DNA from: Betaproteobacteria bacterium
GTDB taxonomy: Bacteria > Pseudomonadota > Gammaproteobacteria > Burkholderiales > SG8-41
Assembly (NCBI GenBank): GCA_016183675.1
Contig: JACPEF010000227.1
Span: 1-45,023, forward strand
Direction: 5' to 3'
Length of the DNA: 45,023 bases
Part shown: positions 1 through 6,343 of the stretch, piece after piece
How the letters are laid out: each line of letters begins with the position of its first letter
Position numbering within the stretch: position 1 is the first letter of the stretch
The notes under the pieces: generated by a model
Database searches by the model: none
The model's input: the letters and a program-made list of their open reading frames with translations, nothing else
Told to the model about the DNA's origin: nothing
Made by a program: the position numbers and the translations under genes

Positions 1-1
1 A

Positions 2-628
2 CGGCAGCATCACATCATCGGAAGTGCCATCGATGCCGTCCGGTCCTTTGGAATGGACATAGATCTTGTATTCTTGTCCAAAGGGGGTCTTCTTACCCCA
101 TTCCAGCCGGTAAACGAACGTATTTCCCCATTCGTCCGTGATATCGGCCTGCCTGAGAAAACCTTTGTTCACCAATGCCTGTAGCCCTTCTTCGTTGCTT
201 GGCGGTTCACCTCCCTCTACCTCATAAATGTTAAACCTCGTCCTAAGCGATTGCAATTTACTCAGTACTTGAATGCGTTGAACATTCGCAGCCATTTGGG
301 GATTGAACGCCGCAATCTTGTCGATAGATTTCAGTGTCTTCCCCTTTTTCTGCTCATCAGATGTCCTCGCCGCAGTCTTGTCTCCAGCTTCCTTGCTGGA
401 TCGCGTCCCTGAAAAAATGAAAAATCCGATGATCGGAACGGCTATCAGTACTATCACACCGACCTTGGCCCATGGACGTTTGCGGGTTTCCGGCACGCTG
501 GATTTTCGATCGGCGCCTCTTTGGGCATCCCACACTTTTGCGACGACTACGCCGCATTTACTACAGACCTCTGCACGCGGTTGAAAGGTTCGACACGATG
601 GACAGATCATGTTTGCTTGTTCGGCCAT
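2..628 (-). CDS. Zinc-ribbon / single-TM protein with a C-terminal type II secretion pseudopilin (GspG)-like globular domain; 3' end runs off the window
   Basis: Not in the ORF track because there is no stop in the window. ATG at 628-626 is preceded by GAGGAGATAA. My translation: MAEQANMICPSCRTFQPRAEVCSKCG (CxxC..CxxC), then hydrophobic helix WAKVGVIVLIAVPIIGFFIF, then EGLQALVNKGFL..DEWGNTFVY..YKIYVHSKGPDGIDGTSDDV. The last part resembles the GspG C-terminal motif (DPWGNPY.Y...SLGPDG..GT.DDI). The frame is open to position 2. Confidence 0.6.
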   Translation of the reverse strand, partial: MAEQANMICPSCRTFQPRAEVCSKCGVVVAKVWDAQRGADRKSSVPETRKRPWAKVGVIVLIAVPIIGFFIFSGTRSSKEAGDKTAARTSDEQKKGKTLKSIDKIAAFNPQMAANVQRIQVLSKLQSLRTRFNIYEVEGGEPPSNEEGLQALVNKGFLRQADITDEWGNTFVYRLEWGKKTPFGQEYKIYVHSKGPDGIDGTSDDVMLP

Positions 629-748
629 AGTTATCTCCTCATAACTTGACGTGAGAAGGCAACGGTTTTGGTATCTTCTGTCTTGGAATATGCCATCATA
701 TATTCGAATCGTTTTTCTGGGTTGTGTCGCAAATCACATCAGCACAAG

Positions 749-803
749 CCTTAGGGGCCAGACTCGATTTTTCCCCCAACGAATTCGAGTCTGACGCCTA
801 AGG
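749..803. repeat. REP-like palindromic element (CTTAGGGG-CAGAC family), copy 1
   Basis: CCTTAGGGGCCAGACTCGA (749-767) is complementary to TCGAGTCTGACGCCTAAGG (785-803) in 17/19 positions. The arm start matches the copies at 16657 and 16780. Confidence 0.6.
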
Positions 804-881
804 ACAGACTCTTTCCTACCATCGGACCAAATCCTGCTCTGTTCTTGGTATCGCGTTGGTGGACCGCGAGCCGGGCGGCAG

Positions 882-1220
882 TTACGCCACGCGCTGGGCC
901 CGTGGAGCGTGGGTGCAGCCGTAACGCATGCCGCCGTGGTTCTGGTCGGCGAGCTCCATCAAATCCTCAAGCGTCAGGGCGAGGCCGCAATGCTTGCATA
1001 CGGCGACGTATCCCAACGCCCCCGTGCCCAGGGCCTGCTGCCCTCGCGCGACTTGGGCGGAGGTCGGAGCGGAATGGGTACAGGTGTAATGCATTCCTCC
1101 CTGCGTCATCCTTGCTGTCTCCGCGAAGTGGCCGGCACAGACGGCCACCCCGCAGAATCTGCACACGCCCACCATCTCCTTTGGAACGCCCACTTCCATG
1201 AAACATATGTAGCACTTCAT
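882..1220 (-). CDS. Small Cys-rich (zinc-ribbon-like) protein, DUF2180-like, two degenerate repeats
   Basis: 112-aa ORF with GAAAGGAGAAAGCT upstream of the ATG. MKCYICFMEVGVPKEMVGVCRFCGVAVCAGH resembles the MKCY.C...AV..C..CG..VC..H pattern I recall for DUF2180. A second half repeats it (VAVCKHCGLAL...GCTH). Lies 39 bp downstream of ahpD on the same strand. Confidence 0.6.
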   Translation of the reverse strand: MKCYICFMEVGVPKEMVGVCRFCGVAVCAGHFAETARMTQGGMHYTCTHSAPTSAQVARGQQALGTGALGYVAVCKHCGLALTLEDLMELADQNHGGMRYGCTHAPRAQRVA

Positions 1221-1259
1221 AGCTTTCTCCTTTCACCGATAGAATTCCTTATCGCTTCC

Positions 1260-1814
1260 TCAAGCGGCGAGCGCAGCCGCGTGATGCCTGACTGGCGTTT
1301 CGGCATCGAGCACGGCAGCAGTGGCGTTCACCACGGCGGCGATGCGCACCGCGGCCTGCACCTGCTCCGCGGTGAGGCCCGCCTCGCGCACCGTCTTCTC
1401 GTGCGAGGCAACGCAGGAGCCGCAGGCGTTGATCGCCGACACCGCCAGGCACCACAGCTCGAAATCGGCGCGGGCGATGCCGTGCATTGCGATCGCGTTC
1501 ATGCGCAGCTTCGCGGGGAGCTTTCCGTATTCCTCGTTGCCCACGAGGTGCAGGAAGCGGTAGTAGACGTTGTTCATGCCCATCACTGCCGCGGCGGCCT
1601 GCGCGGCGGCAAGCTCCTTCGCATCGAGCTTAGGGGCGAACTCCGCGATCACCGCGGCGACTACCTCGGCGTTACGCGCGCCGAGCGCCGAGGCGATGAA
1701 CGTCCCCGCCTTCTGCCGGTCGGTGAGCGTGGCCTCGCCCGCCAGGATCCCGAGGTTCAGCTTCAGGTCCTTCGCGTAGTCCGGCACACGGTCTCTCAGG
1801 TTCTGCAATGACAT
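1260..1814 (-). CDS. ahpD: Alkyl hydroperoxide reductase AhpD (carboxymuconolactone decarboxylase family)
   Basis: 184-aa ORF. N-terminus [21 protein letters not shown] and the CxxC motif [12 protein letters not shown] are typical of AhpD. Directly downstream of ahpC. Confidence 0.9.
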   Translation of the reverse strand: MSLQNLRDRVPDYAKDLKLNLGILAGEATLTDRQKAGTFIASALGARNAEVVAAVIAEFAPKLDAKELAAAQAAAAVMGMNNVYYRFLHLVGNEEYGKLPAKLRMNAIAMHGIARADFELWCLAVSAINACGSCVASHEKTVREAGLTAEQVQAAVRIAAVVNATAAVLDAETPVRHHAAALAA

Positions 1815-1830
1815 GGTTTCACCATTTGGA

Positions 1831-1898
1831 GTTCAAGGTTTCAGGTTCCAAGTTCCAGGTTCAGAAGACTCGTCAATCGTCAGTCATCAGTCGTCACC
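1831..1898 (-). repeat. Type I modular repeat (half copy) in the ahpC-ahpD spacer
   Basis: Read on the minus strand: GGTGACGACTGATGACTGACGATTGACGAGTCTTCTGAACCTGGAACTTGGAACCTGAAACCTTGAAC. This is heptamer GTGACGA-type units, then GTCTT, then GAACCTN units. It starts 5 nt after the ahpC stop. Confidence 0.8.
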
Positions 1899-1903
1899 GC
1901 AGC

Positions 1904-2443
1904 CTAGGCTGCCTTGAGAAAGGCGTCGCCCTTCTGCCAGTTGCACGGGCACAGTTCGTCGCTTTGCAGCGCGTCGAGCACCCGCAGCACTTCCTGCGCG
2001 TTGCGCCCGACGCTAAGATCGTTGACCGACGCGAATCGGATGACGCCTTCAGGGTCCACGATGAAGGTCGCGCGCAATGCGACGCCTTCCTTGCGGTCGA
2101 GGATGCCGAACGCGCCCGACAGCTCGCGCTTGATGTCGGCCAGCATCGGGAACGGCAAGTCCTTGAGATCCGCGTGCGAGCGGCGCCACGCGAGGTGGAC
2201 GTACTCGTTGTCGGTGGAGGCCCCGTAGATCACGGCATCGCGGTCGTTGAACTCGCGGTTGAGCTTGCCAAAGGCTGCGATCTCCGTCGGGCAAACGAAG
2301 GTGAAGTCCTTGGGCCAGAAAAAGACCACCTTCCACTTGCCGGCGTCGGACTGCTCGGTGATGCGGGTGAACGCCTTGTCCTGGTCGGTGGACACCACGG
2401 CCTGGAGGTCGAAACTCGGGATGCGGTCGCCTACTGTCAGCAT
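1904..2443 (-). CDS. ahpC: 2-Cys peroxiredoxin AhpC
   Basis: 179-aa ORF with AAGGAG RBS. Peroxidatic Cys motif FFWPKDFTFVCPTE and resolving Cys region ELCPCNW. Confidence 0.95.
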   Translation of the reverse strand: MLTVGDRIPSFDLQAVVSTDQDKAFTRITEQSDAGKWKVVFFWPKDFTFVCPTEIAAFGKLNREFNDRDAVIYGASTDNEYVHLAWRRSHADLKDLPFPMLADIKRELSGAFGILDRKEGVALRATFIVDPEGVIRFASVNDLSVGRNAQEVLRVLDALQSDELCPCNWQKGDAFLKAA

Positions 2444-2569
2444 GTCTATGACTCCTTGAACGGATTGAACGAAAGTTGACGCTCGCAGTGTGCCGCAACG
2501 GCTCTGATCGCTCCAACGATTAATTTCGTTTAGAATGATCGGAATTCTCGATTATCCGCCGGATCCCCC
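2444..2569. promoter_or_regulatory. Divergent ahpC / oxyR control region (probable OxyR operator and promoters)
   Basis: 126-bp divergent spacer with a locally AT-rich core (2515-2556, CGATTAATTTCGTTTAGAATGATCGGAATTCTCGATTATCC). CGATTA recurs 32 bp apart. OxyR-type LysR regulators normally bind such divergent spacers. No exact consensus was verified. Confidence 0.5.
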
Positions 2570-3520
2570 GTGCCCGCCCTACCCTCGCTGCGCCAGTTCG
2601 GCTACCTGGTCGAGCTTGCCGAGCGCCTCAACTTCCGCCAGGCCGCCGAGGCGCAGTTCGTCACCCAATCCACGCTCTCGGCCGGCATCAAGGAGCTGGA
2701 GACGCTGCTCGGGGTGCAGCTGGTCGAGCGCGACAAGCGCAACGTCCGCCTCACCGCGGTGGGCGAAGAAGTGGTCGCGCGCGCCCGTGGGCTGCTCGCC
2801 GCGGCGAACGACCTCGCAGAAGCCGCGCGCAGCGCCGCCAAGCCGCTCACCGGCACGCTGCGGCTGGGCGCCATACCCACCATCGCGCCCTTCCTCCTGC
2901 CCGAGGTGCTGCCGCCGCTGCGCGAGGCCCATCCGTCGCTCAAGCTGTACCTCCGCGAGGACCTGACCGAGCGGCTGATTGAGCGGCTGCGCGCGGGGAG
3001 CCTCGACGTAGCGCTGATCGCGCTGCCCTACGACACCAGGGACCTCCACGTGCGCGAGCTGTTCCGCGACGAGTTCTGGTTCGTCGCGCGCGAGGACGAT
3101 CCCGCCGCCCGCGCCAAGGAGATCGCGATCCGCAGGCTCAATCCCGGCGAAGTGCTGCTGCTGGAGGAAGGTCACTGCCTGCGCGATCACGCCATCGCCG
3201 CCTGCGGCCCGCGGCGCGGCGCGTGGCAGTCCACGGTGGAAGCGACCAGCCTCCATACCCTGATCCAGATGGTCGAGGGAGGCCTGGGTGTCACGCTGCT
3301 GCCGGAGCTCACGCTGAAGGCGGGCATACTCAAGGGCACGCGGCTGGTTGCGCGACCGTTCGCCGCGCCCGCGCCCGCGCGCACGCTCGTACTGGTTGCT
3401 CGGCGCACGTCCCCCAGGCTGCGCGAGGTGGAACTGCTCGCCGAGTTCATCCTCGAGCAGCGGCGTCGTGGCGCGCGGCCCGGCATTCCGGCGCTGCGCC
3501 GCTCAGCCACAAAAGTGTGA
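2570..3520 (+). CDS. oxyR: LysR-family peroxide sensor OxyR
   Basis: 316-aa ORF with GTG start. N-terminal LysR HTH (LRQFGYLVELAERLNFRQAAEAQFVTQSTLSAGIKELE). Redox Cys pair context EEGHCLRDHAIAACG. Divergent from ahpCD. Confidence 0.85.
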   Translation: MPALPSLRQFGYLVELAERLNFRQAAEAQFVTQSTLSAGIKELETLLGVQLVERDKRNVRLTAVGEEVVARARGLLAAANDLAEAARSAAKPLTGTLRLGAIPTIAPFLLPEVLPPLREAHPSLKLYLREDLTERLIERLRAGSLDVALIALPYDTRDLHVRELFRDEFWFVAREDDPAARAKEIAIRRLNPGEVLLLEEGHCLRDHAIAACGPRRGAWQSTVEATSLHTLIQMVEGGLGVTLLPELTLKAGILKGTRLVARPFAAPAPARTLVLVARRTSPRLREVELLAEFILEQRRRGARPGIPALRRSATKV

Positions 3521-3585
3521 CCCGTGACCGGTGACCAGTAACTGGTTGCTGAACCCGGAACTTTGAACCTTGAACACGGAACGCG
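3517..3585 (+). repeat. Type I modular repeat (half copy) between oxyR and the glycosyltransferase gene
   Basis: GTGACCCGTGACCGGTGACCAG (the oxyR TGA at 3518-3520 lies inside the first unit). Then the palindrome ACCAGTAACTGGT. Then GAACCCGGAACTTTGAACCTTGAACACGGAACG, with period 7. Confidence 0.8.
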
Positions 3586-4864
3586 CGTGAGCGGCAAGCG
3601 CATCGTTTTCGCCACCTTCGGCTCGCTCGGTGATCTGCACCCCTACCTCGCCCTCGCGCAAGAACTCAAGCGGCGGAGTCACCGGCCCCTGATCGCAACC
3701 TTCGAGGAGTACCGCGAGCCGGTCGCGGCGGCGGGCATCGCGTTCGCCGCGATGCGCCCGGCGATGGCGGGGTTCGGTGACCCGCGCGCCATCATGGAAC
3801 GGCTCGTCGATCCGTGGCGCGGCCCTGAGCACATGGTGCGGAAGATTTTCATGCCGCATCTGCGCGAGAGCTACGAGGACCTCGCGCGCGCGTGCGAGGG
3901 CGCCGATCTGCTGGTCACCCACCCGCTCGCGTTCACCGGTCCGCTGCTCGCGGAGCAGCGCGGCCTGCGCTGGGTTTCGACCGTGCTCTCGCCGATGAGC
4001 CTGTTCTCGGCGATCGATCCGCCGCTCTTTCCCGCCGCCGCCTGGCTCCGGCACGTGCGCAAGCTCGGCGTCGCTCCGTACCGCCTGGTGTTTTCCTACG
4101 TGCGCCGGGTGGTACGTCGCTGGGAGGAGCCGCTCCACCGGCTCCGCGCCGAACTGGGACTGCCCTCGCCCGGCCCGATTGCGCAGTTCGAGGGGCAATA
4201 TTCACCGCGGGTCAACCTCGCGCTGTTCTCGCGCCTGCTCGCCGCGCCGCAGACCGACTGGCCCGTCAACACCGTGGTGTGCGGCTTTCCCCGCTATGAC
4301 GGCACACCGCCCGATTCCGCCACGCGGGACGAGCTCGAAGCCTTTCTCGCCGCGGGCGAGCCACCCATCGCGTTCGGCCTTGGCTCCTCGGCGGTGATGG
4401 TCGCGGGCAAGTTCTGGCGGGACGCGATTGCTGCGGCGCGGGCGCTCGGGCACCGCGCGGTGCTCCTCACCGGCGCGCCGCCGGAAGAGCTCGGCGCGCT
4501 GCCGGCTTCGGTAAAGGCGTTCCAGTATCTGCCGTACTCGGCCGTGTTCCCGCGCGCTGCGGCCGTCGTTCACCCGGGCGGTATCGGGACCCTCGCCCAG
4601 GCGCTCGCCAGCGGACGCCCGCAGCTCGTCGTTCCCGTCGCTTTCGATCAGCCCGACAACGCGCGGCGCACGGTGAAGCTCGGCATCGCGCGTGCCGTGC
4701 CGTTCCGCAAGGCAAACGCTGCCGCGATGGCGGCGGCGCTGCAGGCGCTTCTGGCGTCAGCCGGCTGCGCGGCCCGCGCCGAAACCATAGGCGAGAAAGT
4801 CCGCCGGGACGACGGCGCGCGCGCCGCCTGCGACGAACTCGAGCGCGCGGCAGCCAATACCTGA
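3563..4864 (+). CDS. GT1-family (UDP-glycosyltransferase / MGT-like) glycosyltransferase
   Basis: 433-aa ORF. N-terminal KRIVFATFGSLGDLHPYLALAQELKRRSH and C-terminal HPGGIGTLAQALASGRPQLVVPVAFDQPDNARR match the GT1 nucleotide-sugar-binding signature. The annotated TTG start lies in the repeat array, so the in-frame GTG at 3587 may be the true start. Confidence 0.8.
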   Translation: MNLEHGTRVSGKRIVFATFGSLGDLHPYLALAQELKRRSHRPLIATFEEYREPVAAAGIAFAAMRPAMAGFGDPRAIMERLVDPWRGPEHMVRKIFMPHLRESYEDLARACEGADLLVTHPLAFTGPLLAEQRGLRWVSTVLSPMSLFSAIDPPLFPAAAWLRHVRKLGVAPYRLVFSYVRRVVRRWEEPLHRLRAELGLPSPGPIAQFEGQYSPRVNLALFSRLLAAPQTDWPVNTVVCGFPRYDGTPPDSATRDELEAFLAAGEPPIAFGLGSSAVMVAGKFWRDAIAAARALGHRAVLLTGAPPEELGALPASVKAFQYLPYSAVFPRAAAVVHPGGIGTLAQALASGRPQLVVPVAFDQPDNARRTVKLGIARAVPFRKANAAAMAAALQALLASAGCAARAETIGEKVRRDDGARAACDELERAAANT

Positions 4865-4962
4865 TTCAGCCGCCGATGAACGCAGATAGGATCAGACCCG
4901 AAGAGCGTCACCAGTCTTGCTCTTTGTTGCCGTCTTGGCGGTTCAATCTCGCTCTTCGCGCC

Positions 4963-5040
4963 TCACGTGGGCGGAATGACGGGCAAGAGCACATGCGCCG
5001 GACGGTCCGGCCCGAAGTGCAGCGTGACCTTGAGCGGCTT
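4963..5040 (-). pseudogene. Displaced 3' end (last about 25 codons) of a CocE/NonD-family hydrolase gene
   Basis: Minus-strand translation KPLKVTLHFGPDRPAHVLLPVIPPT* compared with the C-terminus of the intact gene at 6344 (GGKVTLHMGPARPAPVLLPVIPPEK*). My codon-by-codon hand alignment gives 50/63 identical nucleotides. No upstream hydrolase sequence is present. Confidence 0.6.
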
Positions 5041-5111
5041 CGGGGTCAGACCCGGTTTTCTGCGGCGTCTTCCCGGCTTTCCCAGCCGTGGCTTTGACTC
5101 AGAGGGGAAAT

Positions 5112-6131
5112 TCACTCCGGACTTGAGGTTTTGACGTGGCGGATCATGGCGTCGATCAAGGGACTCTCGTTCTCGGCGAAGATCACGATCCCCGGATGGC
5201 GGCGGGCAAAGACGCGGAATACCTCGTCCGCGAAGCCCTGCCCCACCGATTTCACGTCCCGGAAGTCGAGCACGACCTCCCTGAACTTCTCCAGATTCGC
5301 CACCAGTCGCCGCGCTTCGGAGCGGGAAACGTACTCGCGCTGCAGCAACTTCACGAGCACTCTGGTCTTCTGGAACTGGAAGTCGTAGTCCTCGGGCGCG
5401 AATTCGCCGAAAACAGCCTCCAGTCGGCGCCGGCTGCTGCGGTGGACCGCGAAGGACACGTCGGTGCCCTTCAGAAAACGCTGCGTCGAAACGAATACGT
5501 CGTCCCTCGCCCGGTTCCACTCCACCTGAATCCGGTGGGACCGCAAAATGAAGCGATCCGCCGCCTTCGACGTGAAGAAGATGCCTTCGCCCGTGTGGGC
5601 CTCGCGCATCGTGGTCGTCCGGCCCTTCATCAGTTCGATCAACGCCGTCTCCTCGTCGGGCAGGTTGAGCTTCGAGGCGATCGAGCCGAACACGCCGATC
5701 CCGGGATCACGGGTCTCGAAGGAAACGGTTCCCGCCCCCAGAACGAAGCGCACCGTGCAGCGGTCCGATTCCGAGTGCTCGATCGCATTGTTGAGCATCT
5801 CGGTGAAAGCGTAGCGGACGATCGCCTCCACGTTCGGCCGCAGCGCGCGCCGCAGGTTGAGGGCTGCCGCGAGGTCGTCCCAGACGCGGCCCTCGTCGAG
5901 GCCCCGCGTGCGCAGCGAGCGCGAGACGACCGCCGGCGCCGGCGCCCGGCGCGCGAGGGCGTAGCGGGCGCCCCGGGTCGTGCCCGTCCGGACGATCCTC
6001 CCGTCCTCGACCAGGCTCCGGACATGCAGGCTCATGGCCTGCCGGCTGAGCCCGAGATGTGCGCGCAGCTCGCCGCCGCTCGCGGACTTGCGCCGCGCGA
6101 GCCAGGCGAGGATCTTGCGCTTCGGGTCCAC
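5112..6131 (-). CDS. Fused wHTH + GHKL (RsbW/SpoIIAB-like) ATPase + STAS-like DUF4325 regulator
   Basis: 339-aa ORF with GTG start. N-terminal winged helix (KRKILAWLARRKSASGGELRAHLGLSRQAMSLHVRSLVEDGRIVRTG). GHKL N-box EMLNNAIEHS, G1 box DPGIGVF, G2-like GEGIFFTS. The C-terminal about 100 aa (VLDFRDVKSVGQGFADEVFRVF) looks like the STAS-like DUF4325 domain. Confidence 0.75.
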   Translation of the reverse strand: MDPKRKILAWLARRKSASGGELRAHLGLSRQAMSLHVRSLVEDGRIVRTGTTRGARYALARRAPAPAVVSRSLRTRGLDEGRVWDDLAAALNLRRALRPNVEAIVRYAFTEMLNNAIEHSESDRCTVRFVLGAGTVSFETRDPGIGVFGSIASKLNLPDEETALIELMKGRTTTMREAHTGEGIFFTSKAADRFILRSHRIQVEWNRARDDVFVSTQRFLKGTDVSFAVHRSSRRRLEAVFGEFAPEDYDFQFQKTRVLVKLLQREYVSRSEARRLVANLEKFREVVLDFRDVKSVGQGFADEVFRVFARRHPGIVIFAENESPLIDAMIRHVKTSSPE

Positions 6132-6147
6132 GCGGGGAGCCTGTCAT

Positions 6148-6253
6148 ATTGTCAACGTATTGTCAACATTCGTAGATTTATATTGTCAATCTTCCCGGGC
6201 GCCGTCCCGGCATTGCCCGGCAATTGTCAAGGCGGCGTCCTGACGATCGTCAA
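6148..6253 (-). promoter_or_regulatory. Array of TTGACAAT motifs upstream of the wHTH-ATPase gene (candidate operators / -35-like boxes)
   Basis: ATTGTCAA on the plus strand at 6148-6155, 6159-6166, 6182-6189 and 6223-6230, plus partial GTCAA at 6249-6253. Centre spacings are 11, 23 and 41 bp. The first copy is 17 nt from the GTG start. TATAAAT follows the third copy on the minus strand. Confidence 0.5.
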
Positions 6254-6343
6254 TGATCGGAAATACGCAGGGTCGAAGAACGAACACCGCCCGCAGTGAC
6301 ACCGACATTTTTACGTCACGGCGTCACTTCTTCCCGTCAGTCG

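Noticed and set aside
780-806. tRNA-like TTCGAGTC string
   Set aside because: The flanking bases do not form a T-stem and there is no acceptor or anticodon arm. It is simply one arm of the REP-like palindrome. I found no tRNA or rRNA genes in the window.
3533-3545. Palindrome ACCAGTAACTGGT as a protein-binding site
   Set aside because: It is a single 13-bp occurrence inside a repeat element, with no second copy found in the window. This is not enough to call.
4963-5520. 185-aa minus-strand ORF
   Set aside because: Most of it overlaps the wHTH-ATPase gene out of frame. Only its last about 25 codons are meaningful, and these are reported as the hydrolase 3' relic.
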